Shown here: piece by piece, positions 22,146-31,733 of the stretch
How positions within the stretch are numbered: the stretch's first letter is position 1
How the letters are laid out: the number at the start of each line of letters is the position of its first letter
Assembly: GCA_965205865.1 (NCBI GenBank)
Contig: CBDBHR010000030.1
Coordinates: 160,001-224,000, forward strand
Direction of reading: 5' to 3'
Length of the DNA: 64,000 bases
DNA from: a bacterium
GTDB taxonomy: Bacteria; SAR324; NAC60-12
Translations under genes and position numbers: made by a program
The notes under the pieces: model-generated
The model's database searches: none
What the model was told of the DNA's origin: nothing
Seen by the model: only the letters and a program-made list of their open reading frames with translations

Positions 22146-22847
22146 ATGAGCGAATTTTTGCAATTCACAGCAATGGAACAGGAGGCGTTATGGCTCTCAT
22201 TGAAAGTAGCATTCTGGTGTGTGGTAGCCAGCATAATACCTGGTCTCGCATGCAGCTGGGTGCTGGTACGTTGCCAATTTTATGGTAAAATTTTGATGGA
22301 AGTGGCGATTCATTTACCACTGGTGATGCCGCCCACCGCGACGGGATATGCGCTTCTCATACTTTTTGGAAAAAGAGGCATTCTCGGTCAGTGGCTGGAT
22401 AGCTTTTTTGGGATCAGCTTTTCTTTTTCTTGGAAGGGAGCGGTATTGGCTTCAATAGTGGTATCGTTTCCATTGCTGGTCCGTGCCTTGAGGATTTCAA
22501 TGGAAACCGTGGATAAGGGATTGGAAGATGTCGCCAAAACCCTTGGCGCAAACTCATTAAGAGTTTTCCTTACAGTCACGCTTCCCTTGATAGTTCCTGG
22601 GATTGTGAGTGGCATGCTGCTGACTTTTGCTCGCAGCCTGGGTGAATTTGGAGCAACGATCACCTTTGTCTCGAGTATCCGGGGAGAAACCATGACGTTG
22701 CCTCTAGCAATGTTCAATTTGCTTCAGCAACCTGACACCGAAAATGAGACCCTGCGCTTATTCCTGCTTTCAGTCCTTCTTTCCTTAGCGGCCCTGGCAG
22801 CCAGTGAGTATATGAATCGCTACATCAGGAAAATCCAAGAAACTTGA
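22146..22847 (+). CDS. modB: Molybdate ABC transporter permease ModB
   Basis: LPLVMPPTATGY, FARSLGEFGATITF; adjacent to moeA/moaC. Confidence 0.93.
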   Translation: MSEFLQFTAMEQEALWLSLKVAFWCVVASIIPGLACSWVLVRCQFYGKILMEVAIHLPLVMPPTATGYALLILFGKRGILGQWLDSFFGISFSFSWKGAVLASIVVSFPLLVRALRISMETVDKGLEDVAKTLGANSLRVFLTVTLPLIVPGIVSGMLLTFARSLGEFGATITFVSSIRGETMTLPLAMFNLLQQPDTENETLRLFLLSVLLSLAALAASEYMNRYIRKIQET

Positions 22848-22908
22848 AGACTCAACGCTCCAAATCGATTTCTCCGCTTCAACAGATATTTTTCTAAGAA
22901 TCCGTTTT

Positions 22909-24588
22909 TTATTTGAAGCCATACACTTCCAGATACCGGATCAAGCGATTGTTTTTGAGGATTTCGATCTCTCCCCATTGGAGGAACTCCCGTTGAAAAC
23001 GATCTTCAGCCAGCACGAGAACACGATCACAGCTTTGTATTCTGCATAAAATAACTCCCTGTTTGTCTCGTATATCTTCGAGGCGACTCCATTGATTTCG
23101 TTCTGGTTTTTCCAAACTATGAGGAGGAGGATGGTTTGGCAGAAAAAAGGAAACTGCGCTGCTCAACTGGTATTCTTCCGAAACAATAAAATCTACCGGA
23201 TAGGCCCCCTTCTTTTTCAGCAATGCCTTTAACTGATCGCCGGTCTCTTTCCAGGCTAACATGGGGATTATGCGATCATAATGCGGATGTGCTGCGATCT
23301 TCAGAATGCGTTCTTGATACTTCTCCAATTCCTCATTGGTTAGAACTTTCCGCAGACGGTTGAGAAAGGCATCTCTCTTTAAGGGAGTCGCATTTTTTAA
23401 AGTTTGCAATTTTTCAGTAATGTCTTGTGAAAATCCAAAGCGGGCGAAAGGGCGGTAGTCTTTGAACTGATATTGTGGAAATTCGATCAAGGGGGTTTTC
23501 ACATGCCAAAACACAAACAGCAAAATTACCAAGTTGAGCAAAAATCCCCCTCCTACCATGAGTTTGATGCTTCCGGATGATCGAGAAAATGAGTTTCCGC
23601 CGGGTACGTGATGAAGCTCCCATGCTTGGGACAAAGTTTTTCCTGACAACATCATGATCCCCAGATAGCTGACATTGACCCAGTGCGGGTCGGCAATAAC
23701 TCCTCGAAAACTCGCAAGGGAAAAGAAAAGCAAAGGGACTGCCGAAAGAACTACGATGATTGATTCGGGCTGTTTTGACTCGCTTGTCCACCCTGGAAGA
23801 AGCTTCTGTCGTTTCCGCCAAATCTGGTAGATACTCCAGCATGACCAAACGATCGAGAAGAGAAGCAGGTGACCTATGGTAAATAAGATGAAACTTTTTC
23901 CGGATGGTATCGCAGAAAGACCTCGACCGAATTGGAAGCGAAAGGAAATCCAGTCATTTTGAAAGTTCCAGACTAAAACTGGAATGAAAATCAGCAACGA
24001 AAGGAAGCCAGCAAAATATATCCAAGGATTTTTTAGATGATGGCGTTGATCCTTAAAGAGAAGCAGATGGAGCAATGCGCCGATATAAAATAAGATTGTG
24101 ACGTATTTGGAGAGTGCGCCCAAACCTGCGGTGATGCCAATCAAAATCAACCATCGGATTGCATGGGTTTTGTGGAAACGACAAAGAAAATAAAGATTGA
24201 ACAGCCAGAAAATGAGAAAGGGTTGGTCAATGTGCAAAAAAACGGACCCTATTAAAAAATATGGAGTGGACTCCAGCAAAATCAAATAAAAAACCGCCGT
24301 TCGCACTCCAAAAAGCCGGTAACAAATCCCATAACTCAATGCCAGAATCAGAAGATTGTAAAATTGAGCTGCGAACTCCAGTGCGGTTTCCGAATTTCCT
24401 GCAAACGTAGTGAAGAGTCGAATGGCCCAGGCCACCATCGGTGGGTGCTCATAGTAGGAAAGTGATAAATGCCGAGACCACACCCAATGATCCAGCATAT
24501 CCGGATGGGGAGTGATAAGATTATTGAGCAGGGAAAATAAAATCAGATGGCCGATCAGAATTACGATCGCTGTTGCGTGAATCCGCAT
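22909..24588 (-). CDS. Glycosyltransferase family 39/83 (ArnT/PMT-like) membrane protein
   Basis: WSRHLSLSYYEHPPMVAW, GLGALSKY, PVLVWNFQNDW.SF.FQ; polytopic. Confidence 0.85.
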   Translation of the reverse strand: MRIHATAIVILIGHLILFSLLNNLITPHPDMLDHWVWSRHLSLSYYEHPPMVAWAIRLFTTFAGNSETALEFAAQFYNLLILALSYGICYRLFGVRTAVFYLILLESTPYFLIGSVFLHIDQPFLIFWLFNLYFLCRFHKTHAIRWLILIGITAGLGALSKYVTILFYIGALLHLLLFKDQRHHLKNPWIYFAGFLSLLIFIPVLVWNFQNDWISFRFQFGRGLSAIPSGKSFILFTIGHLLLFSIVWSCWSIYQIWRKRQKLLPGWTSESKQPESIIVVLSAVPLLFFSLASFRGVIADPHWVNVSYLGIMMLSGKTLSQAWELHHVPGGNSFSRSSGSIKLMVGGGFLLNLVILLFVFWHVKTPLIEFPQYQFKDYRPFARFGFSQDITEKLQTLKNATPLKRDAFLNRLRKVLTNEELEKYQERILKIAAHPHYDRIIPMLAWKETGDQLKALLKKKGAYPVDFIVSEEYQLSSAVSFFLPNHPPPHSLEKPERNQWSRLEDIRDKQGVILCRIQSCDRVLVLAEDRFQREFLQWGEIEILKNNRLIRYLEVYGFK

Positions 24589-24600
24589 GAACAGGCAGGC

Positions 24601-25308
24601 TTAAAAGTAGTCGGGCAACTGTGAAGCAACATCGATTTCGTGGGAAGTACCATCTGATAAACGATAGCTTAAAGTGCGCGCATCAATCCAGGTAAGTTTG
24701 AGCGAAGCTTGGGTGTCCTGGATGACTTCACTTAATTTTATCGGCTCAATCTCACTTCTTTTCAGGACATGAATACGGAAATAATAAATGCGCTGCTCCA
24801 ACTCGACATCATCTTTTGAGATGACTTCTGAACGTTCAATATGATAATAAGCGATATGAGAGTGAGAAGGGGTCAAACCGGTTGCAGTTCTCAAATGAGA
24901 TGTGAGGCCGATAAGATCTTTTTGATAAATCCGGAAAATTTTTCGATTCCCTGGCATCCGGACTTCGTAAAATTCATTATCCACTCTTTTGATATTTGAT
25001 TTTTTTTCTTCCGAAAAGTCATAGACGTCCAGGGCAAGGACCTGTTGATGATCTGTATACAAATAAACCAAACTTCGAGTTTCCGGAATTTCATAGAACT
25101 TCAGGATTTGACGATCAGGAAAGGAAATCAATAGTTTGTTTTTGTAATAAAGCGAGTTCCCCAAACGGTTTTCCGGAAAAATCTGGTAGTCACCTAAATA
25201 AAGCACTCCTCTATGCTCAATATCCTGCTGAAATGTTTCTACAGCCGTTGTTTGCCAGGAAAACAAGAGTGTCAGATAAAAAAATCCGCTGCCGATCCAA
25301 AATTTCAT
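24601..25308 (-). CDS. Hypothetical exported protein
   Basis: 235-aa ORF with signal-peptide-like N-terminus, co-oriented in the operon. Confidence 0.75.
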   Translation of the reverse strand: MKFWIGSGFFYLTLLFSWQTTAVETFQQDIEHRGVLYLGDYQIFPENRLGNSLYYKNKLLISFPDRQILKFYEIPETRSLVYLYTDHQQVLALDVYDFSEEKKSNIKRVDNEFYEVRMPGNRKIFRIYQKDLIGLTSHLRTATGLTPSHSHIAYYHIERSEVISKDDVELEQRIYYFRIHVLKRSEIEPIKLSEVIQDTQASLKLTWIDARTLSYRLSDGTSHEIDVASQLPDYF

Positions 25309-25426
25309 AGGTCTTTCATTGTTTTTACTAATTTTCTTGAAAATATTTTGTCAGCGCAAGATGAGTGCGCTCTATCACTCCCGATATTCTTCTCTCTCTT
25401 TGCGGTATCAGGAAAGGATTAGAATC

Positions 25427-26875
25427 TTAATACCTGACAAACTCGACACGTCTGTTTTTTTCAAAGCATTGCTCGTCCTTGCAATCGATCATGGCTGGAC
25501 GCTCTTCTCCGAAGCTTATAATAGAAAACCGTTTGGGATTAGCCCCCATTGCCATCAGAAATTTGAGGACCGAATAGCCACGCCGTTCTCCCAGAGCCAA
25601 ATTGTATTCGTTTGTACCTCTGTCATCGGCATGGGCTTCCAATTGAATTTTCACATGGGGATGTTTTTTGATCCATTCCATGTTTTCCATAAGGGCTACT
25701 TTGAAACGGTTCCGGATGCGGCTTTTGTCGAATTCAAAAAAAATCACATGCAACTCAAATATTACTTCCGCCATCGGCTCCGTACGCGCGGCTTCAACCA
25801 TCGCCTCTTCTTGGGCTTTTAGTTGTTGAGCTCTTGCTGACAGTTGTTGAGCCCTTTCAGTTTGTTGTTGCTCTTTTTCCAGTTGTTGTTGGGTTCTTTC
25901 GGCCATCTGTTGATCCATTTCTTGCTGTTGTCGCGCTTTTTCGACTAGCTGTTGCTCTTTTTCCAGTTGTTGTTGAGTTCTTTCGGCCATCTGTTGATCC
26001 ATTTCTTGCTGTTGTCGCGCTTTTTCGGCTAGCTGTTGCTCTTTTTCCAGTTGTTGTTGGGTTCTTTCGACCATCTGTTGATCCATTTCTTGCTGTTGTC
26101 GCGCTTTTTCGGCTTGTTGTTGCTCTTTTTCCAGTTGTTGTTGGGTTCTTTCGACCATCTGTTGATCCATTTCTTGCTGTTGTCGCGCTTTTTCGGCTAG
26201 CTGTTGCTCTTTTTCCATTTGTTGTCGCGCTTTTTCGGCTAGCTGTTGCTCCCTTTCCTGTTGTTGTCGCGCTCTTTCTACTTGTTGCTGCTCCCTTTCC
26301 TGTTGTTGCCGCAACAGTTCTATCTTTTCTTGAACCCTTTCCCGTTGTTGTCGCGCTTTTTCGGCTTGTTGTTGCTCTCTGTCTTTTTGTTGTTGGAAGC
26401 TCACTATGGATTCCTTCTGCGAATCTTCGATTTTAGAAGAAGTTTGCTCTTTAGTCTCTTCGGAATGCAATGTGACTTGATCACCTCTTGTTTGAGAAAC
26501 GGATGAATCGGCGGACGCTGCTCGAGAGGTTGCTAATGAATCAGACTTGGATCGAGAGCCCTCTGAAGTGCTGGATTCCACGGCAGTGGCTTCGGTATCA
26601 GCTTTCTTTGTTCCTGAAGAATCCGTTGAACTATGCGACGATTTTTCGTTTGCATCTTTGCCGGGGGTTTCACCCCGGCCCGCTCTTTCTTGCCCTTCTT
26701 TTGTTTCATCAACGATCTTCGTTTGCTCTGAACGTTTTGTCGTTTGTTTCTCTTCGAGCGGTTTTGGAGTAAACATTGCCGTGAGGGTTTCACACCCCAT
26801 CAAGAAGAGTGAGAATCCCAATATCATTAAAATAATCAAACATTTATTTTTTATATTGCATCTCATAAACGACAC
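25427..26875 (-). CDS. OmpA/Pal-domain lipoprotein with long Q/E-rich coiled-coil stalk
   Basis: Lipobox FLMGC; C-terminal IFFEFDKS...EAHADDRGTNEYNLALGERR...NRRVEF peptidoglycan-binding domain. Confidence 0.9.
   Translation of the reverse strand: MSFMRCNIKNKCLIILMILGFSLFLMGCETLTAMFTPKPLEEKQTTKRSEQTKIVDETKEGQERAGRGETPGKDANEKSSHSSTDSSGTKKADTEATAVESSTSEGSRSKSDSLATSRAASADSSVSQTRGDQVTLHSEETKEQTSSKIEDSQKESIVSFQQQKDREQQQAEKARQQRERVQEKIELLRQQQEREQQQVERARQQQEREQQLAEKARQQMEKEQQLAEKARQQQEMDQQMVERTQQQLEKEQQQAEKARQQQEMDQQMVERTQQQLEKEQQLAEKARQQQEMDQQMAERTQQQLEKEQQLVEKARQQQEMDQQMAERTQQQLEKEQQQTERAQQLSARAQQLKAQEEAMVEAARTEPMAEVIFELHVIFFEFDKSRIRNRFKVALMENMEWIKKHPHVKIQLEAHADDRGTNEYNLALGERRGYSVLKFLMAMGANPKRFSIISFGEERPAMIDCKDEQCFEKNRRVEFVRY
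25846..26390 (-). repeat. Intragenic tandem repeat, 42-nt unit forming 84-nt higher-order repeats
   Basis: Encodes QQQLEKEQQLAEKA / RQQQEMDQQMAERT 14-aa units; four near-perfect 28-aa copies. Confidence 0.92.
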
Positions 26876-26886
26876 CAGCCATAGAG

Positions 26887-28284
26887 TTAATGGACCGGAC
26901 GGATTTGAATAGAATCCACACGCCCGGTTTCTACCCGCATGTCAGAAATGATGACCATTTGATCACCTTTTTGTACAATGTGGCGTTCTTTGAGTTCGTT
27001 GAAAGCATTCCCAATGGTTTGTTCCGGATCTTCGAACTCGATCAGGAAGGGATGGATTCCCCGAAAGAGGGTCATTAAGCGATACGTTTTGACATTATTA
27101 GTGAAAGCATAAGTAGGGAAACCGTATGTCCGGCAATTCGCCACGCATTCGGCAGTATTGCCGCTTTTTGTGATAACCAGGAGTCCTTTACATTTGAGCT
27201 GTCTGGTCAACTGTTCCGCCGATCGCGCAATTTGCTGTTTCTTGGAAGTGACGTTGAGTTCCCGGCGGGCAAAGAGAACACTTGGGAATGTTTCTGTTTT
27301 TTTAGCCATTTTGACCAGGTATTCTATGCATTTTAGAGGATAATTCCCGACGGATGTCTCACCGGACAACAAGAGAGCATCCGCGTCTTCGAAAACCGCA
27401 TTGGCTACGTCTGTCGCTTCGGCTCTTGTAGGAATGGGATTATCGATCATGGATTCCAACAAGTGTGTGGCCACGATAAATCGCTTACCATAACGTCCAC
27501 ACAAATAAGCAATGCGGCGTTGAATGTGAGGCAAATCTTCCAAGTCGACCTCCACTCCCAAATCTCCACGAGCTACCATGACTCCATCGGCTTCTTTCAG
27601 AATCTCTTCAAGACTTTCCACACCTTCTTGATTTTCGATTTTGGCAATAATCTGCAACTTCATGGATTTTTTTCCCAACAGTTCCTTCAATTCACGGATA
27701 TTTTTCGCTTTTCGAACAAAGGAGAGGGCGATGAAATCCACACCATTTGCAATGCCAAACAAAATATCTTCTTTGTCTTTCGAGGTAATTGCAGGAAGAT
27801 TTACAGGGACTCCTGGTAAATTGACATGTCGTCTTCCTTTGATATGTCCTCCATCAAGTACCCGACACTTCAATGAAGTTTCCTGCTTTTCCAGAACTTT
27901 CAGATTGATCAACCCGTTGTCGATCATGAGCCGGTCTCCGATATCCAAAGTATGGATCAAATCGGGATATCCGATAAATAGCGACTCTCGAGTCGGATCT
28001 TCTTCAGCTTCCACGGAAACTTCAATGATGTTCCCCTTTTCCAATTTAAAATCGGAATGACCTGTGCGAATTTCCGGTCCCTTCGTGTCCAGAAGTAAGC
28101 CAATAGGGAATTCGATCTTACGGTTGAGCTCATGAATATGGTTTATGGTCTTTGCATGGGATGAGTGATCACCATGAGACATATTGAAACGCGCAATGTT
28201 CATCCCGGCATTGTACATCTGATGTAGCATTTCATAAGATTCACTGACAGGACCAATTGTGCAAATAATTTTGGTGTTGATCAT
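26887..28284 (-). CDS. pyk: Pyruvate kinase
   Basis: TKIICTIGP, ARFNMSHG, DTKGPEIRTG, AKIEN, MVARGDLGVE, LSGET. Confidence 0.98.
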   Translation of the reverse strand: MINTKIICTIGPVSESYEMLHQMYNAGMNIARFNMSHGDHSSHAKTINHIHELNRKIEFPIGLLLDTKGPEIRTGHSDFKLEKGNIIEVSVEAEEDPTRESLFIGYPDLIHTLDIGDRLMIDNGLINLKVLEKQETSLKCRVLDGGHIKGRRHVNLPGVPVNLPAITSKDKEDILFGIANGVDFIALSFVRKAKNIRELKELLGKKSMKLQIIAKIENQEGVESLEEILKEADGVMVARGDLGVEVDLEDLPHIQRRIAYLCGRYGKRFIVATHLLESMIDNPIPTRAEATDVANAVFEDADALLLSGETSVGNYPLKCIEYLVKMAKKTETFPSVLFARRELNVTSKKQQIARSAEQLTRQLKCKGLLVITKSGNTAECVANCRTYGFPTYAFTNNVKTYRLMTLFRGIHPFLIEFEDPEQTIGNAFNELKERHIVQKGDQMVIISDMRVETGRVDSIQIRPVH

Positions 28285-28324
28285 AATTTAGTAAAGGAAA
28301 AAAACTCCGAATTTGAGAAAAAAA

Positions 28325-28876
28325 TTATTTCTTTTTCGCATAAAGGAGACGATTCACCAGCCTGGGAAAAATCAAGGCATGCAGCGTCCCAACGCCTCTT
28401 TGTAGTTGATTCCAATGGTTGATCTCAGCCGACACATGCGCCAGAGCACCGGTAGGTAAAAGCAAACCGCCATCAATGGCATTGAAGCAAAGCAGGGAAA
28501 TGAACTCCTCCAATACCGGATTGTGACCGACGACTACAACAGCGACATTTTTCTGGGGAATCTCCTTTAAAATCTCGATTAAAGTTGTGCTCGAAGCACC
28601 ATAGATTCCTGAATTGGTGATCACTTCCAAGTCAGCCTGGTAATCTTTCGAGGAGGAAAATTTCTTGAAGGACTCGGCAGTCATTTCCGCAGTATCCATA
28701 GCTCGTTTGGCAGTAGAAGTAAGAATCAGTGTAGGTGGATTTTCAAAAGCCGCAAGCGCCTGTCCCATCAGAGGAGCCGCTTTTACTCCTCGAGGCGACA
28801 GTGGACGGTCATGATCGGCCATTGAGATATTCCGCCAGGACGATTTTGCGTGCCGTAAAACATAAAGAGTCTTCAT
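28325..28876 (-). CDS. sixA: Phosphohistidine phosphatase SixA-like
   Basis: MKTLYVLRHAKSSW, DHDRPL..RG, VGHNP; start re-set to ATG 28876. Confidence 0.88.
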   Translation of the reverse strand: MKTLYVLRHAKSSWRNISMADHDRPLSPRGVKAAPLMGQALAAFENPPTLILTSTAKRAMDTAEMTAESFKKFSSSKDYQADLEVITNSGIYGASSTTLIEILKEIPQKNVAVVVVGHNPVLEEFISLLCFNAIDGGLLLPTGALAHVSAEINHWNQLQRGVGTLHALIFPRLVNRLLYAKKK

Positions 28877-28931
28877 GAATATTCCGTAGTCCCAAGTGGA
28901 CGGCTGAATGAAGTCAAAATTCAGGATCTGA

Positions 28932-29285
28932 TTATTCGGGTGACGCGTCCGTTTGTTCCAGGGTTTTCTGTGGTAAATCATCCACGGTTTTCTGCTCTTC
29001 AGCACCTTCCGAAATAGCACTAGGAGCTTGAATGTTTCGAACGACGGAATCAGCCGCTTTTTCTGAAGATAAATAAGCCAGGGTGAGAGAAATCACCATA
29101 AAAATGGCGCCCAAAACCGCTGTGACTTTGCTAATTCCCGACATGCTTCCGCGTACCGAATTGGCCTGACCGACACTTCCAAAAGCAGCGCCCAACTCAG
29201 CACCTCTTCCTCCTTGCAGCAAAACAATGAATACAAGAGCTAAGGCTACAACGACTTGAAAAAAAATGAGTATTCCAAATATCAT
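28932..29285 (-). CDS. secG: Preprotein translocase subunit SecG
   Basis: VLLQGGRGAELGAAFG; two TM; downstream of tpiA. Confidence 0.95.
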   Translation of the reverse strand: MIFGILIFFQVVVALALVFIVLLQGGRGAELGAAFGSVGQANSVRGSMSGISKVTAVLGAIFMVISLTLAYLSSEKAADSVVRNIQAPSAISEGAEEQKTVDDLPQKTLEQTDASPE

Positions 29286-29307
29286 ATTATTCCTTCCAAT
29301 TTTCTGA

Positions 29308-30126
29308 TTATGTCATGGACGATTGAATGATTTGGCTGAAATCTTCTGGTTTAAGACTGGCACCTCCCACCAGACTGCCATTAATTTCGGGCTGTTGTAG
29401 CAAAATGCTGGCATTTTTCGCATTCACGCTGCCTCCATAAAGGAGAGGAATCGCTTTGGCCGTCTCTTCAGTTGTCAATTCCTTCAAACTCTTTCGAATC
29501 ACAGTATGCATCTCGTTTGCTTGTTCAGCCGACGCCGTCTTGCCGGTGCCGATAGCCCATATAGGTTCGTAAGCAATCATGCACTGGCGCAGTTGAGTCA
29601 GTGGAATGCCGTCGATAATCCGCACCAATTGCCCAATGACCGTTTTTTCATGCAGATTTTTTTCACGCTGCTCCAAACTTTCTCCTATACAAATCACGGG
29701 ACGAATTTCATGTTCCATCAGGATTCTTGCTTTCTGTCGGATGAGAATATCGCTTTCTTCAAAATAAATACGTCGCTCCGAGTGTCCGATAATGCAGAAA
29801 CTGACACCACACTCCCGGAGCATTCCTGCCGAAATTTCTCCGGTGAAAGCTCCTGCAAGATGGGTGTGTACATTTTGAGCCCCAATCCCTATTTCTGCTT
29901 TTGCATTTGTTGCTTCGGCACAACACTCTTTCAACGAGCGGAGATATGGAAAAGGCGGGCAAATGACAACTTGGGGGCTGGTTGGATTAGACGTGGAAGA
30001 TGTCGATTGTTGGCATTGTCTTACTACCTTGAATGATTCTCGTATCCTCGAGATGATCTTTACCATAGCTTCGATCAGAGCCTCGTTGCCATTCATTTTC
30101 CAGTTGCCAACGATAAACTTTCTCAT
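29308..30126 (-). CDS. tpiA: Triosephosphate isomerase
   Basis: GNWKMN, GAFTGEIS, IGHSERR, AYEPIWAIGTG, YGGSV, LVGGASL. Confidence 0.98.
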   Translation of the reverse strand: MRKFIVGNWKMNGNEALIEAMVKIISRIRESFKVVRQCQQSTSSTSNPTSPQVVICPPFPYLRSLKECCAEATNAKAEIGIGAQNVHTHLAGAFTGEISAGMLRECGVSFCIIGHSERRIYFEESDILIRQKARILMEHEIRPVICIGESLEQREKNLHEKTVIGQLVRIIDGIPLTQLRQCMIAYEPIWAIGTGKTASAEQANEMHTVIRKSLKELTTEETAKAIPLLYGGSVNAKNASILLQQPEINGSLVGGASLKPEDFSQIIQSSMT

Positions 30127-30383
30127 GGCATTCTTTCTGATTTCAAGAAACAATTATCACATTGATTAACAATTAAAGATGATACAGGAAAGTTTAAAAG
30201 TCAATTCAATACAAGTATGTGAAAGATGAGAATCTTGGGCTTACCAATGCTGCATTTGGACAGTACCCGCCAAATTGACGAGGAGGAGAATGGCTTTTCT
30301 TTTTTTACTTGAATTGCAGGGCAATCTTTGAAATTTTAACCCATTGTTCCCATATCTTGCAAAACCTTTACAGGACGAGAAAA

Positions 30384-30656
30384 ATGGCTACGCCATCGTT
30401 GGAAAAGTACCGGAAAAAAATTGATGCGTTTGACAAAGAACTGATTAAGTTATTGAATCAACGGGCACAATTAAACCTGGAAATTGGAAAAATAAAAAAA
30501 CAGGTAAAACAGGATGTCTATGCTCCGGAGAGAGAGCAACAAATTTTTGAAAATCTATCCCAGCAGAATACAGGCCCCCTTTCCAATGAAGCCCTTCATC
30601 ATATTTTTCAGGAAATTCTCAAGGAAATGAAAAAAGTCCAACGAGAGATGAGTTGA
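30384..30656 (+). CDS. Chorismate mutase type II (AroQ), stand-alone
   Basis: LEKYRKKIDAFDKELIKLLNQRA..IGKIK..VYAPEREQQI. Confidence 0.9.
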   Translation: MATPSLEKYRKKIDAFDKELIKLLNQRAQLNLEIGKIKKQVKQDVYAPEREQQIFENLSQQNTGPLSNEALHHIFQEILKEMKKVQREMS

Positions 30657-30744
30657 TGTTCTCAATATTGACCGCAAGCAGAAAGAATTGTTGAATAGAT
30701 ATTGTCAATGATACCAAAAAAGTCGACTCTTTTTGGAGAAAGAC

Positions 30745-31626
30745 ATGTCGGATACGGACAAAAAAACAAACAGTTTGCTTGGAATTCATGCTGCGGTTCT
30801 GCTTTTTGGATTCGCAGGGTTATTCGGAAAATTTCTCAGTTTGACACCCCTGATGATTGTTTGGGGTCGGACCTTTTTTGCTTCTATAGTTTTATACCTC
30901 GTCCTGCGATTTTTTAACTATTCTCGCACCTTTTCTTGCAAATTCGACAAAGCTATGCTGGCCCTGATGGGGGTCATTTTAGCACTGCATTGGATCACCT
31001 TTTTCCATTCAATCCAGTTGTCCACGGTTGCGATTGGCTTGTTGACTTTTGCCACCTTTCCTGTCTTTATCACCTTCATGGAACCTTATTTTTTCAATGA
31101 GAAGATTCAGGGATTTGGTATTGCCACTACAATATTTGTAGTGGCAGGCGTGTTATTGATGGTGCCGGCATTCGATTTCAGCAACCAACAAACGAAAGGA
31201 ACCTGTTGGGGAATCATGTCCGGATTTCTCTTTGCCGTACTTTCACTGTTGAACAGAAAATATGTGAAGCGCTATCCCCCCTTGATGATTGCTTATTACC
31301 AGAACCTGTTTGCCATGCTGGTTCTTGTGCCAATTGTTATGTTTGCAGACTGGAATCTGCAGTTCGGTGATTTTTTATTGTTGGCGATACTAGGAGTTTT
31401 TTGCACAGCAGGCGCTCATGTTCTTTTCATACGGGGATTGATCCATGTCAAAGCTCATTTGGCCAGTATTCTTGCCTGCCTGGAACCAGTCTATGGCGTG
31501 GTTTTGGCATTCGTGCTGCTTGGTGAAGCGCCAACATGGAAAACCCTTTTAGGAGGTGCTATCATTTTATTGACCACGGTATTTGCCTCCTTGCTCACGC
31601 ATTTACATGCAGTGGACAGAAAATGA
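30745..31626 (+). CDS. EamA/DMT family transporter
   Basis: Ten TM helices, PYFFNEK and LEPVYGVVLAFVLLGE motifs. Confidence 0.9.
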   Translation: MSDTDKKTNSLLGIHAAVLLFGFAGLFGKFLSLTPLMIVWGRTFFASIVLYLVLRFFNYSRTFSCKFDKAMLALMGVILALHWITFFHSIQLSTVAIGLLTFATFPVFITFMEPYFFNEKIQGFGIATTIFVVAGVLLMVPAFDFSNQQTKGTCWGIMSGFLFAVLSLLNRKYVKRYPPLMIAYYQNLFAMLVLVPIVMFADWNLQFGDFLLLAILGVFCTAGAHVLFIRGLIHVKAHLASILACLEPVYGVVLAFVLLGEAPTWKTLLGGAIILLTTVFASLLTHLHAVDRK

Positions 31627-31733
31627 AAGAACTGTATTTTCAAAAAGGCAAGTAAATGAATGTTTACAGCCCCGTAAAAAATAGTTAGATAAGGAAGACA
31701 CGTCATTATTAACCTCATTCGGACGTTACAATC

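Noticed and set aside
25834-26436. 200-aa hydrophobic repetitive ORF on the + strand
   Set aside because: Antisense shadow of the Q/E repeat in the Pal-like gene
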